This document shows positions 42,498 through 59,161 of a stretch of 64,000 nt of DNA, in pieces; the stretch's first letter is position 1; every line of letters starts with the position of its first letter. This DNA is from Octopus vulgaris. Lineage: Eukaryota. The notes under the pieces were generated by a model. That model was not told the origin of the DNA. It saw only the letters and a program-made list of their open reading frames with translations, and ran no database searches. Location of the stretch: assembly GCA_951406725.2 (NCBI GenBank), contig OX597814.1, forward strand, positions 177,444,001-177,508,000. The letters are read 5' to 3'. A program made the position numbers and the translations under genes.

Positions 42498-42502
<5 letters not shown>
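42088..42502. repeat. Two tandem ~190-bp units separated and flanked by (TA)n (period 224 bp)
   Basis: 42088-42278 is approximately equal to 42312-42502; internal hairpin aacaataagggtt...aacccttattgtt. Confidence 0.9.
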
Positions 42503-42555
<53 letters not shown>

Positions 42556-42789
42556 GTATATATATATGAATAATGTTAATGTTAATGTGGGTGGCTTATT
42601 CGCAGTTTTAGACCCTAAAGGCAGAAATATAAACATGGCTAAAGTGACTAAGGGTACCAATCAGCAACAGTAGTGCTAGACATGAGAATCAAAGCAACTC
42701 AATTGCCACGAAAAGTACTATCTTAATGACTAACACGGAAGGCAAGCTCCCTGTAGTAGTAGGCATAGTCTGATCATCGATGATTCCGC

Positions 42790-43926
<1,137 letters not shown>

Positions 43927-43931
43927 GTCTT

Positions 43932-43995
<64 letters not shown>

Positions 43996-44627
43996 AATAC
44001 ATACATACATATACAGACATTTATATGTATATATTTATGCATGTTAAGGTGTGTGCGTGCATGTGAATGTATAACAGATATATATATATACTGAGAGAGA
44101 AAGAGAGAGGGGGGAGAGAAAGAATACGTTTCCCATAGACAGATATAAATATATACATGTATAGTTTTCAAAGAGCTATACAAACTGAACTATTGCATTT
44201 TCGTTTTTGAATTGCAGAAGATGACATCACAACAATACATTCCATTGGCAGCTATTTCTTACTTCTGTTATAGCTATATCATTAGGATAAATTTCAGTGG
44301 TTAACCCTAGAGAATAATTATATACACATTCAAGACTGTGGACCAAATAAAGTTTGAAAATTACGAACAAGCAATACCACCGGGACAAATTTAATGTCTT
44401 ATATTATCGCAAGTAATTTTACAGCCTTGATATCTCTCATTAAAGTCAATACTCTATTGCAAAGACTATCATCTTAATTTTAGCAATAATTTTCAAATTT
44501 ACATTTCGTAATTGTACAGACAGACAAATACACACACATGCAAGCGCAGACAATGACACACAGCTCATAAGCACATACACACAATCTTCTGTTTCTACAG
44601 GCACACCACTCTGAGCGTAGGCATTTA

Positions 44628-44662
<35 letters not shown>

Positions 44663-44721
44663 ACACATATATGTATGTATATATGAATATGTATTTTGTA
44701 TATACAATGTATGCGTGATAT

Positions 44722-44768
<47 letters not shown>

Positions 44769-44982
44769 CATATATATACATATATATACATATATATATA
44801 TACATATATATACATATACACATATATATACATATACATATATATATACATATATATATATATACATATACATATATATACATATATATACATATACATA
44901 TATATACATATATATACATATACATATATACACATATATATATACATATATACACATATATATATATATATACATATATATG

Positions 44983-45015
<33 letters not shown>

Positions 45016-45059
45016 ATAAATTCTTTGTCTGTCTGTCTATCTATTCGTTCCTTATGCAT

Positions 45060-46287
45060 TTTCAAACGGCTCCACTAAATTAATAGAAAGGTAATAATAG
45101 TATTAGACCCCGCGAGTGGCAACATGTAATTTTGATTTCTATTTCCATTAAAACAATGACATTGTATATCAAATAATCCTTCTAAGTCAATATAGTAAAG
45201 GACATTTTATATCACGACGACATATTTTGTATTTGAGTGTGTATGTGTCAGTGAGTGTTTGTTTGCCTGTTCGTTACGTACGAGATAGTAAAGGACATTT
45301 TATACCACATCGACGACAACGAAATATTATATATGAGTGTTTTTGTGACTGTGATTGTGTGTTTGCGCCTTCGTTACCTACGATATAGTAAAGGACGTTT
45401 TGTACCAACACGACGACGACACATTTTGAGTATGTATGTGTCTGTAAGTGTGGGTGTTAGTGTATGTGAGAGTGTATGTGTGTGTGCGAGTGTATGTGTG
45501 ATTGTGAATTACAATGATATAAACTAGTTATGTTGAAGAGCTATACAGTTTCCAACTAATGAAATGGTTGATAGCCTCAATCATGAATTTCTTCGAAAGT
45601 TAATAGATCTATTAGAAGTGTCTTTTCCATCAATTCGCACAACAGTCAATCAAGATCAGGCTGTCCAATACTCTGTTGAATTTCTGAACACACTTAAACC
45701 TACTGGTATGTCACCGCATAACTTGACAACAAAGCTGGGTGCTCCCATTATGTTGTTTAGGAATCTTGACTAACTTCGCTTGCGTAATGGAAATCAATTG
45801 TTACTTGTATGAAGTTCCATATCCTACAGGCAATAATCGTAAGAGGTAGTCACAAAGAAGAGAGTGTCTTTATTCCGAAAGTTCCTTTCATACCTGCAGA
45901 GGTTCTATTTAAATGTAAGACTCTTCAGTTTCCAATCAAACTAAATTTTTGTATTTTAGTTAAAAAATCTCATGTAGTTGGACTTCATATCTCTACTGCA
46001 TGCTGCTCCAACGGCCATATGATGGTTACTCGCAAGTTGGAAGCAGCAACCATTTATTCATTTGGACGCCAACAAAAAATCCCACACTGAATATTGTTTA
46101 CCATGAGAGGTTTCAGCATTGACAGATTTTCAGTTCTAAATTTTATATTGTCATTACAATTTGGATATTTTAAAATAAAATATAGATATTTTCAAATAAT
46201 TATGAGGAAAAGCAATATGTTCATATTTCGGGTTTACTAATCTGAATAAGATCAGCATTAACCGGGCAACGCCTAGTAATTCAGCTA

Positions 46288-46289
<2 letters not shown>
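45060..46289 (+). mobile_element. Helitron relic with PIF1-type helicase C-terminal fragment (45540-46110)
   Basis: YSVEFLNTLKPTGMSPHNLTTKLGAPIMLFRNLD and FIPKVPFIP...LQFPIKLNF match the RepHel helicase; 3' end gggcaacgcc...gCTAG|t. Confidence 0.88.
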
Positions 46290-46330
<41 letters not shown>

Positions 46331-46374
46331 TAGTAGAGATATTTGGCGTTGCTCGGGATTAAACTTGCTCAGTT

Positions 46375-46417
<43 letters not shown>

Positions 46418-46739
46418 AATATTAGGGAATGAATCCAAATTTACAGGGAAAAATCAGATTTAGGGTTAAATCCAATTTTATAGTAAAATATTATATAATA
46501 TAATTCGAGACAAAACCACTATTTTAAAACCAAACAAGGAAAGACTTAATCAATACATAAAATTTTAATATAAATTAAATAAATAAAATTAATAAATAAA
46601 CCGCCACAATTTATATTTATTTAATTATTTATTTATTTATTTATATTAAAATTATTTATTTATTTAATTTATATTAAAATTTTACGTATTGATTAAGTCT
46701 TTCCTTGTTTGGTTTTAAAATAGTGGTTTTGTCTCGAAT

Positions 46740-46745
<6 letters not shown>
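46418..46745. mobile_element. (TA)n-embedded foldback element related to the 25552 terminus
   Basis: ~46495-46590 is the reverse complement of ~46650-46745. Confidence 0.75.
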
Positions 46746-46791
<46 letters not shown>

Positions 46792-46806
46792 TATATATAT
46801 ATATGA

Positions 46807-46840
<34 letters not shown>

Positions 46841-46947
46841 TATGAATATACATATATATGAATATATATATATATATGAATATATATATATATATGAATA
46901 TATATATGAATATATATATATATATGAATATATATATATTGCCATAA

Positions 46948-47005
46948 TAAACTTCGAGTTTCGGATGTCGGGACAGAAACCTGTTCCGGCATCTCTTCAG
47001 TTTTC
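46948..47005 (-). ncRNA. Degenerate hammerhead-like motif with long helix II
   Basis: aaa-CTGAAGA-gatgccggaacag-gttt-ctgtcccgacatc-c-GAAA-ctcga...; helix III and the cleavage site are imperfect. Confidence 0.45.
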
Positions 47006-47179
47006 GAGACAATCAAAATATGCTATGAAATTACTATGTAATTGACCGTTATTGAGTCAAAAGAACTATTAGAATGACCGGTAAATAAGGTAGAAAAAAG
47101 TAAAGAAGTAAAAATGCTCATAGCAATCGCATATGGGCGCATGTACAGACATACATTTATCTATGTTTTTGTATGCTGT

Positions 47180-49039
47180 GTCAATTAACTTTGTAAATTG
47201 TAAATACCTTGCAACCTTGCAACTTCTGCACTAATTATGACATGTTAATTGAACGGTAGATGTGTAGTTTTATATAACATGGACGTGCTTCCTAATTGTT
47301 TTTATCAAGTATTTCACTCTAGCCGTTCTCATTACATATGTATGTAGCTGGGTGTGTGTGTGTTTAAGAACGTACGTAGCAAAAGCGCAAACACCCATAC
47401 ATTCACAGACACGTACACATTCACGCATGTCAGTTGTTACATATGTATATATATATATATGTGTAGATGTGTGTGTGTGTTTAATAACGTACCTGACACG
47501 GAAACATACACACAGTAACAGAGGCATACACACTTATACACTCACAGACACATACACACTCATATAGCAAATGTGACGTTGTCGTGGTGGTGGTATAAAA
47601 TGTCCTTTACTATCTTGTACGTATTGAACGCGCAAACACATACACACAAGCACATACACATTCATATAAAATGTCCCGTACTATAGTTGACTATAGAAAG
47701 ATTATGTCTTTGCAGTGTTATATTATTTGAATGGAAGTGAAAAATAAATTACATATTTATTTCTTTATTGCCCACAGGCGGCTAAACATAGAGGGGACAA
47801 AGAAGGACAAACAAATGGATTAAGTCGATTACATAGACCCTAGTGCGTAACTGATTTAATAGACCCCGAAAGGATGAAAGGCGAAGTCGACGTTCTGAGA
47901 TCAGTTATGTTCTGATCTCAGAACGTAACTGCAGACGAAATACCGCAAAGCATTTCACCCGGAGTACTAACGATTCTACCAGCTCACCGCCCTTAACGAG
48001 AATTACATTTTGATAGTCGGGGGTGTAATACTGTATAGTAAGGGAGCAACAAACTTACACAAACATACATTCACGCGTGTCAGACGTCACATATGTTTAT
48101 GTTTGTGTAGATATGTGTATGTTGAATAACACCCCTAACGCGGAAACACACACTCTGAGTCACATATACACTCACGCGCATATACTCACAGACACTCATA
48201 TACAAAATGAGGCGTTTTCGTCGAACGCTGAAATGCACATATAATCACAGACACATACATATTCATACACTCAAGCACATACACTGACAGACACATACAC
48301 ATTCATAAACAAAATATGACGTTGTCGTCGACGTCATCGTCGTATAAAATATCCTCTACTATATTTGACTATATAAAGATTATCTCTATAAAATGTTACA
48401 TTGTTTTAATCGAAATGAAAAAAATGTACACGTTGACACTGGTGGGGTGTGATACTACTACCTTGCAAAATTTGATTTCATTTGGTGGGGCCGTTTGATA
48501 AATATATATATATATATATATAATTAACCAAATAGAAGCACAAGTATGAACTGCTAAATTAACGGTAAATGCCACAATATTTATTATAGATAAATTTCTT
48601 AATATATACATTATTAAGCACATGTATTAAATGTTAACTTAAGGCTTAATATGTAACTGTAAAGACCTTGCAATCTTGGAACTACTGCGATAATTATTAG
48701 CTGGTAATTAAACGTTAAATTTGCATTTTTATATACCTTGGATTTAGTGTTATCACATTAGAATTAAAAGTGAAACAATATTATCGTCTTATCACGTTAA
48801 AATTAAACGTGAAAGAATAAGAGTGAAACAATACTCACTTTTGATACGTAATACCGAACCAGACTAAAATATTGCTCGGGGCTCACATTAGGCAAGAAAT
48901 ATTAAAGTTTTTGGCCCATGACACTCCATGGACCCTAAGTAAGATTTGAACGATATCGGTTGGGTAGTTCTGGAGTTTTAGGGATTCGCACATTTAGACA
49001 AACATACACACACACATTCTCAGTTATATATATAGAGAT
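47180..49039 (-). mobile_element. Cluster of Helitron-family non-autonomous relics related to 45060-45520
   Basis: 48300-48498 and 47570-47755 are reverse-complement homologues of 45060-45420; 47190-47285 resembles 48650-48745; a|TCtatatatataactg 5' end at 49039. Confidence 0.6.
47755..47995 (-). mobile_element. Nin/Deu-like SINE nested in the Helitron relic
   Basis: Family core sequence; aattacat on both sides is a probable target-site duplication. Confidence 0.85.
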
Positions 49040-49479
49040 TTATATATATACGCAAACATATACACACATATACGCAGGTATATGAATATGCATATATATC
49101 TATGCATATACATTCTTATTTTCATATACTTGAAATATCTAGCGATATTTATGCAATAATCATATAAAATACTCCTTTACTACGGTATCCACTACTGTAA
49201 CAAAAACAACGATCTTATACCAGAGTCAACAAGAGAAGAATCTCTATGATTACTGGGCTTGCTTGAAATAACAGTCAAATAACAATAAAATCACATACAA
49301 TTTCTTGAAAAAAGAATGGAAGCATTGAATATGGCCATTTTTTATGCACGAAAATGTCGGGATGCTCACACCTGGAAGAACGATACTTTGTATATACATT
49401 GGACTTATATAGCCATTAAATATTTCCGCTGTATGGTTTGTATAATCTTGAAGGAGCAGACTGAAATTAACAGCGACAC

Positions 49480-50156
49480 CAGCACCCGTTAAATGACCGC
49501 AGGTATTCCCCAGGTATCCAAATTGAGCGCTGAAAAGAATCTGCATAATCTTGGTTACGTCAGGTGGCTCGATGTTTCGGGCCCACATCAGTCGAATGAG
49601 GCTAACCTCACCCAACAGACTTCCATCAGCGATTCATTGCAGATAGGTGAAATAAACGACACTGGTTTGAAAAGGATGGTGACTGGAACGAAAGATACCA
49701 TCATATATAACAATGTGAAGCCCAAACGCTCATGCCAAACAACTACAAACAACCTCCTAGGTAGGACTTCACGCGAAGCAGTATGTGCTGCCGGCTTGGT
49801 GAGGGTAAAAGGGTATTGCCGTTTAGGAGCTTTTTCTCATCACTACAATACCTGACTGTTCACTTCTTTGTAGACGTGGCAGAAGCTTCAACGGTGGGAA
49901 GTTCCACCTTGTGCTTTCAGGTTTCTACGTATTTCGGTTTCTTCTAAAGTCATTGAATCGATAAACTTTCAATACTGATGAGGATGTGAAATTTCGCCAG
50001 TTAAGACAGGAAATCACTGAGCAAAGAATACTAGATTTGCTTACAATAAGACAGCAGATACTGAAACGAAACTGTAGTTGTATTACTGATTAAATAAATC
50101 GCTTTGTGTTTTATTTTCACTTAAAACACCGAAAAGATTTTTAGCTAATTGATTAT
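49480..50156 (+). mobile_element. Decayed mariner transposon
   Basis: LGYVRWLDVSGPHQS...LKRMVTGTKDTIIYNNVKPKRS resembles WVPHEL...LKRIVTGDEKWI.YNN. Confidence 0.8.
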
Positions 50157-50227
50157 AAAGGAGATCACTTTGCAAATCAAAGGTGTAGTCACATATCCAT
50201 AAGATACACTTCACATAGTGTATTGTT

Positions 50228-50682
50228 GTGACTCCCTTCGGTCATGACTGACCATGGGATTGCATCTAGAAAGTTACTCTCCGAGGAACAAGTCTGGGCA
50301 AGATTATTTATGGAAGACTATCAGTCGCCCATGCATACTGATCTCCCCTCTCCACGCCACCGATGTTACCCAAGGGAAAGGCAAATGCCGATACAGCTTG
50401 GGACCAGTGACGTCATAGCTCATATATTAACGTGCTGAGAACTCCATAGACACGTGTACCCTTAACGTAGTTCTCGGAGTGTGACAAGGCTGGCCTTTTG
50501 AAATACAGGTACAACAGAAACAGGAAGAAAGAGCGAGAGAAAGTTGTGGTGAAAGTGTACAGCAGGATTCACCACCATCCCTGCCGGAGCTTTTGGTGTT
50601 TTTGCACAATAAACACTCACAATGCCCGGGTTGGAGATTCGAAACCGCGACCCTACGAACGCGAATCCGCTGCGCCTCGACA

Positions 50683-50683
<1 letters not shown>
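50228..50683 (-). mobile_element. tRNA-derived SINE (head like 56829, tail like 61860-61912)
   Basis: Reverse-complement homology to both other copies. Confidence 0.8.
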
Positions 50684-50737
<54 letters not shown>

Positions 50738-50754
50738 CATATAAAATATAAAAT

Positions 50755-51074
50755 ATGGGGGTTTAGTTCACAGGTGATTTAAACGACTAGGTAGGCTGGA
50801 TAAGAGGTGTATCGGATTACCAGGGCTCCAAGATCATAACCGAGACAGGGGTCGTGGAACCATGGTAGATTTCCGACATAGCAGATGTATAGTTGTTAAA
50901 GAGGACAACAAATGTTGAGGAAGGATAGAAAATTCTCAAGTCATATACGTTATTAATATTGGGAAACTTCAAAGTTTTACAGCTGTTTCTGGGATATCTC
51001 AAAGTATGGGATTTCCTAGAAACAGCTGTAAGAGTTTGAATTTTTCCAATAATAATAACGTATATTCACTTGAG
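50755..51074. mobile_element. Penelope-like relic with ~60-bp foldback containing a hammerhead 3' half
   Basis: 50935-50998 is the imperfect reverse complement of 51010-51074; GAAA-cagctg-TA palindromic helix III; abuts (TA)n. Confidence 0.55.
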
Positions 51075-52319
51075 CTGTTTGCCTTACGTTAACGTTTGTC
51101 CTCTTTAACAATTATACATATATATATGTGTGGATATTTAGAGGCATATATATATATATATATATGTATATATATGTGTATGTATATTTATAGGCATATA
51201 TATATATATATATCCATGTGTGTATATACATATTTATATGCATACACACATACACATTCGAGTATATGTGATGCCTTCATTCTTTTCCTCACACAAATAT
51301 TATTTGAAAGTTTCAACGATGTAACGTGGTTCGTATGTGGCAGTTACACACCACTACTTTGCTTTTGCAGTCAACAGACATGGGTAAGTAGCTTTAATTT
51401 TCCTCGCCACACACTTTCTTTCCTGTCTGACTGTCTCTCTTTTCCAGTCGTCCCGTTTGATTTCACCTTAGCAGAAAATAATCATCTCTCTTTTTGGTTG
51501 TCTTAAATCGTAAAACGCGTTTAACCGAAGGAGAATACATTTAATAATCGTTATTTCTACAAGGTGAAAGGCACATACATTTTCCTTTACTGCTGCCATT
51601 ATTAACACATTTGCCTTTCAAAGAAAATATGATTGTACATATTCTAGAACACATGTGACACATCTAACAGTGTAAAACACGGAAAAATATTTATATAGTT
51701 TTATAAAATATTTACATTCAATCTATTGATATTGTATAATTATACGTTATTTTTTTTACTGTAACAATGTTGTATTTATAAACCTGTACTCACAAAACAG
51801 ATCTTTGGTTGGCATGTAGAAAATAAAGGAAGATTGTTATATAAATTATCATCGTTATTTTCACTGCAAATATTTCTTTTATTTTTTAGATACAAATGCA
51901 TTCATACGCATATACATACTTGTCTAAATATTAAACTAAAGACAAAAAAAAAACTATAAGTTTTCAGTAAAGAGAATAATCATGTAACATGTACTACAAG
52001 TTACATGAACATTTTCTTTTAATTTTAAAAGGAGAGTAAAAATATTGAAAATTTTTCTACAGTTCAACCTATGAAAATTGCAACTTTGCTTCTGTCAATA
52101 CTCCAGCGACAAACATTTGCTTCCTTTTTTTTCGAAAGCAGTTACTTTTTATAGGAAGAATTCAAATAATTCAAATAGAATTATGTATATCTATATGTAT
52201 GTATGTATATATGTATACTATATATATTATATATATATATCATATTATTCATATATATTCATATTATGTATATGTAATATATATGAGGTATATGCGCCTA
52301 TATACATACGTACATACAT

Positions 52320-52374
<55 letters not shown>

Positions 52375-52907
52375 TATAATATTCACTTACATACCTATAA
52401 TCGTACCGCATATAGGATATTTACACTTATATACACACAAGGTATATCTATATCTATTAATCTATATATATATATATACATACATATAGAGTTTTATATA
52501 TACACGGTTGACCAAATGTCAGCCGACAGTAAATCAAAGTTCAATAAATATTTAATATTCAAGATTATTTAGTCATTCCAGTTATAGGTCTTTAATAATT
52601 GAATGCAGTGAGTTAAGGTCACCGGTTTTGTTTTCCACATTTCTCTACCTATTAGCGAATTCTCATATAAAATACACGTTATATTTTATCTTGGAACTAA
52701 ATGGGCTTCGATTTACTGACAGGTGACTGTATATATACATATATACATACACTAACGAGTTGAATATATATATATATACTTATATATGCAAGGTGTATAT
52801 ATACACACACACAGATATAAATATATATATATATTCCAGCTGTGTGTATATATATATAGAAGATAGAAATATACATATATATATATATATATATACATAT
52901 ATATACA

Positions 52908-52951
<44 letters not shown>

Positions 52952-53069
52952 GTATGTATGCATGGTGTATAAATATATATATCGATGTTTTGCAATCAAC
53001 TTGCTACCAAGGATGCGATTCTGCGCATAAAACCTGCGTAGTCTGAGATTTAAGGGAGTGGAAAAGGAA

Positions 53070-53121
<52 letters not shown>

Positions 53122-54413
53122 CTATACAGTATACGTACACGTCTGATATATGGAAAAGGATGTTTAGTTCGCAACAATAAACATATTTTGTTGATATACA
53201 AAATTATGCATATGTACATAGAGTAAAACATTCATATTGAAATACACAACAGAATACATGCAAAGTGAACCTACATGCACACATGTGCAGATACATACAT
53301 ACCTATTGACATACATAATACATATATATATATCTGTCAACTTACATAACATTATACACAGATGCAGACAAATAAATACATACATACATACATGACGAGC
53401 AATTTGTCTAACTTCCAATTAAAGAAACTTGGTAAGAAAAAAGTCCAGAGAACAGATATTCGATTTACGTACATACTCTCGTTCATGCTCTCGTATATAA
53501 ATACATTATAAATTCATAGAATTGAATATGCAACTCTATTTTTGTTATCTAAATTCAATGATGGATCTTTGTTTCTTAAGTTAGAATCTAGACCCTTCTT
53601 TAAAGGAAAAAAATCTATAGATTTAAAAACAGTGAAGGCATACGTAATTACGAGCTTACACGGATATGTACACTTACATACGTATAATCGCCCCCGTGTA
53701 TACAAATTTATTGTACATCAACAGACATTAAAAGCATGAGCATTATACATTCTGCCAGTAATATAAGGCTTTGAGGAAATATATTCGTAGACATGTGTGT
53801 TTTGGAAAGATTATTTGCAGATGAAACATCTAGTTCCAAACGGTCATTTAATGTAAATGAAATGTATCACATTCAAAGCTAACCTAGAAAAATGCAGAAA
53901 AACGTTGGATAAAATAGAAAATTTAATAACGGTTTATATTGGAACATATTATCTATCTAGTCGAGTAAATGAAAATAAATGTAAAATTATGTAGACTTGG
54001 CATATGAAGAAAGTATCATTTTATCAAACATTTTACTGAATATTAAATACTCATTATTATTTTAGATGTTTTATACAATATTATAAAGGATTCATATACA
54101 TGGGAAGAAAAGAAAAGAAAAAGAAAACAGATAATCGTAGAATTTATGTAAGCAGGAATCTACCGAGCATTTTTAGATATACATGTGAACATATGTATGC
54201 AATATGTAATACTTAATATGTGCATATATTCAGGTCCGCACATCTGCATAATCCATATGCTTACACACACAAACAACCCCCCCCCACACACACAGAGGTT
54301 CACACAACACACGCATAAAGGCACAGACACAGACACTCGTTCGCAGGCGCAAGCTCACACACATATCTTAGTATTTTCGTGCACATGCACGCTTCTGAAA
54401 TCTATGTATAATG

Positions 54414-54446
<33 letters not shown>

Positions 54447-54484
54447 TATATATAAATACACAAAATATAATAAGCGTGTGTACG

Positions 54485-54516
<32 letters not shown>

Positions 54517-54978
54517 TATATACATATATATGTATATATATATTTATGTGCACATACAGACACACACGTACATATTTATGTGTATGGAGATAGGTCGTAT
54601 AAAAAGGTGGATATATTTATTTAAAACCCACACGCTTATATCATATATTGTAATTGTAGAAACGCAGAATATAGAATATTCATGGAGAACATTATTAAAC
54701 TTGTCGCAGCAGAAATGATGTTCTGCAAAATCGTATTCAGCGGTAGATAATGGTTAATCCAAACTTACATAATTAACTACATATTGTGTATAAACTTACT
54801 TAAACACACAAGAGCAACACACATATATTTTGTAAGTAATTGTATAAATAAATATATAAACACAAACATATTCATTTCTTTATAAACAGTCATGTGCAGA
54901 TATCAAAGTGGTGAAAGAAAAATATAATTAAAATAAGAATACGTCATAGTGATTTTAATATACATATACATATAGGCA

Positions 54979-55670
<692 letters not shown>

Positions 55671-56828
55671 ATATATATGTATATATGTATATATCCATGT
55701 GTTGTATGTATATGTGCGTGGTTATAAATAACAGAATATGTGATATAATTTGTAAAATATTACATGCTGTGATTTCTTTTCATGCTGTACTATACAGGAA
55801 TGAAACTGTGCACAGGATTTTAGAGTAATGTGAAAATAAATAGAAGGAAAAAAACACGAACAAAATAATTTTGAACACCACATAAATATAAAAGGCTGTT
55901 TTCGAGTTTGATCGATATTCTGAATCCAGCAAATCTCTTTGCATCTATTAATATATGCAAAAGCTTAGCAAGCATCAAAGTTACTTGTATCCTTATATAT
56001 TACAATGAAGTGCTTATCCGGCGTATGTTTGTGTCTAGAAAACATATTGACTAATTGTACATTAAAACATTGGCTTTCATAGCTTTATTCAAAAGAGCAT
56101 TGAAAATTGATATTATTACAGTACGCATAAATGGTTTGTAACACAGGGAGCAAGCCAGAAATGTTTCAGTAGGAAACCGTAGAGTAAGTGTGGTATTTAA
56201 CTAATTTACAATTGGAAAAATCAAGAATAGTTTCATGTTTTGTTTATTATTCTTATCTGAATGTAGGCTTTCAGAAATCACTTGTCGACATCAAAATTCT
56301 TGCCTCTGGAAAATCTCTTTTTAGGAATTGAAATTCTCCACTTTGTAAAGATAAGGATTATTTTGATGATGATGTAGTGGTGGTGATAATGATGATGACA
56401 ACGACGATGGTGATGATGATGACGATGATGATGATGATGATGATGATGATTATGATGATGGCCCAACTGCTGGTAAGCATAATCCTTATTGTGAATATAT
56501 GGGGCAACGCTAAGTGGTTGAAATCAGTTTCAGAAACTTTCTCAGTGGCAAGAACGTTGGTTTTGACGAGTGATTGCGAGTACTATTTTAAAACTTCAGA
56601 AGCATTTCTTTGTTTATCACTAGACTTAAAAGAACTGGATATTGAGCGTTGTTCATGATTGTTGGCATTTTCACAAGTTAATATTTATTAAGTCTCACGG
56701 CAAATCTAGTGCCAAATCCATTTCTCTGAAGCATGATAATTCGGACCCACTAGGACAACACCAAATTATTCCGTTACTTAGATGTACTGGATCTAATCTA
56801 ACCAGTGCTATATATATATCAACAAATG

Positions 56829-57060
56829 TGGAGGCGCAATGGCCCAGTGGTTAGGGCAGCGGACTCGCCTTTGTCGGATTGCGGTTTCGATTCCCAGACC
56901 GGGCGTTGCGAGTGTTTATTGAGCGAAAACACCCAAGGCTCCACTCGGCTCCGGCAGTGGGGGCGGGTGATCCCGTCATTTGAAGGCTAAAACAATGTGA
57001 AGCGCATTGTGATCAGCGATGTGTAGAAATATCAGATAGCGTGATCGGTCACGGTGATCA
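56829..57060 (+). mobile_element. tRNA-derived SINE
   Basis: tggcccagtggttaggg A box and ggtttcgattccc B box followed by a non-tRNA body. Confidence 0.85.
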
Positions 57061-58706
57061 CGTTGATATGAACAAATGATACAGCGTGTTTTAATATAAT
57101 TAATATGAAACTTACAAATTGGTGAAATAATTATGAGGTTTTAATTAATTCAAATTATTTCTGTGAATTGGAGAAAGACCTATGGTCAATTTCGTTCAAA
57201 TTTTAAGTAATTAAAATGGACTAATAGAATATGGGCAATGGTCGAAGTTTATACCTTACTCGCCAAATTAGATTTACTCCTTACTACTTTCTCAAATTGT
57301 AGCTTTTAATTGATTAAGAGGATGGTTCTGTGGAGTCTGCCATAGTCTTCCTTCAAAAATATTTCCGTCTACAGTCATGTACATTATGTTTGCCTTATGA
57401 ATGTATGTAGCACGAACTATTGCTGTGTTTTCTTTGAATAATGTCTCTCCAAACTGCTTTAGTTTCCTTACCTCGTTTTTGCGAACTTTTACTTTTAACC
57501 ATCTTATAAAACTGAATCGAATTCATGTTGATGTAGATTATGACCTTATTTTCTTGGCTTATCTAAATGATGTAATAAATTTGGTCGAGTATACTTATGG
57601 GAGATATGATCACAGATATGAACACATGATGAATGAATGCACTCCTGTCTGTCGTTTATAAATTAAAAATTTTTTTCACTAAATACAGGCTGTTGGTTTG
57701 TAACTAAGAAAGAAAACTATTATTTAGATGAAAACAGTAGTAAAAAGTTACATGTATGTTGAAGTTTAGAAAAATTTTGCATATTTTTACTATTCCACGA
57801 TTGCATTTGCGAAATATCTATGAGATCGGTCTAGCTTTTAAAGATTGTTATTTAGTAGTTTAGTAATATCAAGAAGTCAACCCATGTGTTTTAATATAAA
57901 TCTTAATTTATAGTCGTTGCAGCGAAATTGGTTTGTCTGTATAACTGCTTTCTTTCACAAATACTTTATAAAGACAAGTTTACATTCGATGGAATGTACT
58001 TTGCATCTCTATAACGCACACAGAATTAATTTTTCAGCCACATTCTTCTTATTTTCTGTTCTTGTTAGGAAGCCACGAAACCACTCTGATCGAAGAAGGG
58101 TATGCTGAAAGGCACTCCACCAGTGACCGTTTCGCATTTTTGTTTATCAGGGGCTTACTCGTCTAATGTGCCTGTTCCTTTTGAAGTCAGTGTCGTGATA
58201 TTTGATGGTTATTTGTTTTGTCTTATTAGAAGCTCTTTTGTCTATATGTTCGACTGGTTGCATTTGGCCTGTGTTTTATTTGAATATTCCAGCAACATTC
58301 CAAGTGTTTGACTGTCCACATAGGAATATAAAACCTTAATGGAATATTTTGTGTTGATTTGATACGAGACACTTCACCAAAATGAGATATAATTGCCATT
58401 TTGGGTTGTAACTCGAGTGCTTACCTATGAATGCATATATGTAAAATAAATTCAGAAAAAAAATAAAACGAATTAGATGCAAATGATTGGCGTATCTAAA
58501 GTTATCGACCATCATCGTGAAGGAGGAACCAACAACAAAAAACACCGATGAACTAAAACAAAAATATACACACGCACACGCACGTATAAATAGATAGATA
58601 CATACATTATAAATATATATAAGAAAGAGGGAGATAAAAATATAAATAAAAAGAACAATAACTAAGAAAATATGAATACTATAAGTGAAGCTAGCTGATC
58701 ACTTAC

Positions 58707-58733
58707 GCAGTCCTTCGTAACTCGGGTATTCAC
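58707..58733 (-). CDS. Candidate 27-nt microexon (phase 1->1 G-EYPSYEGL-R, or frame 0 VNTRVTKDC)
   Basis: Very strong acceptor ttttgtcttctctccctctttag|G and donor C|gtaagt; frame-preserving length. Confidence 0.4.
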
Positions 58734-58885
58734 CTAAAGAGGGAGAGAAGACAAAATTCGTTTGATTTGAAAAGTTCATTGACTAACATGTGAAAACTAT
58801 TGATGTCAGCTGCGATGATACTTTGGTATTACGTATATACATACATATATATAGTAAAAACTGATACACACACATGTATATATAT

Positions 58886-59161
58886 AGAGAGAGTTTACGA
58901 AAAAAACAAAAGACGAAGACATGTGGTGTACAAAACAAACAGATAGTATAACGCTCAGGAATAGAAAAAGTCTTTTACGTTTCGAGCCTACGCTCTTCTA
59001 CAGAGAGGGACACAGAAAAAACAAGGAGAGAAAAAGATATATATTTTCATATATATTTTTTTCTCTCCTTGTTTTTTTCCCCTGTCCCTTTCTGTAGAAG
59101 AGCGTAGAAACGTAAAATACTTTTTCTATTCCTGAGCGTTATACTAATACATCTGTTTGTT
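58886..59161. mobile_element. Inverted pair of the 31588-family repeat within (TA)n
   Basis: 58935-59035 is approximately the reverse complement of 59057-59161. Confidence 0.85.

Noticed and set aside
56829-56905. tRNA-like sequences here and at 7438, 8166 and 61576
   Set aside because: No proper acceptor stem or terminator, and they run into SINE bodies; they are SINE heads, not tRNA genes.
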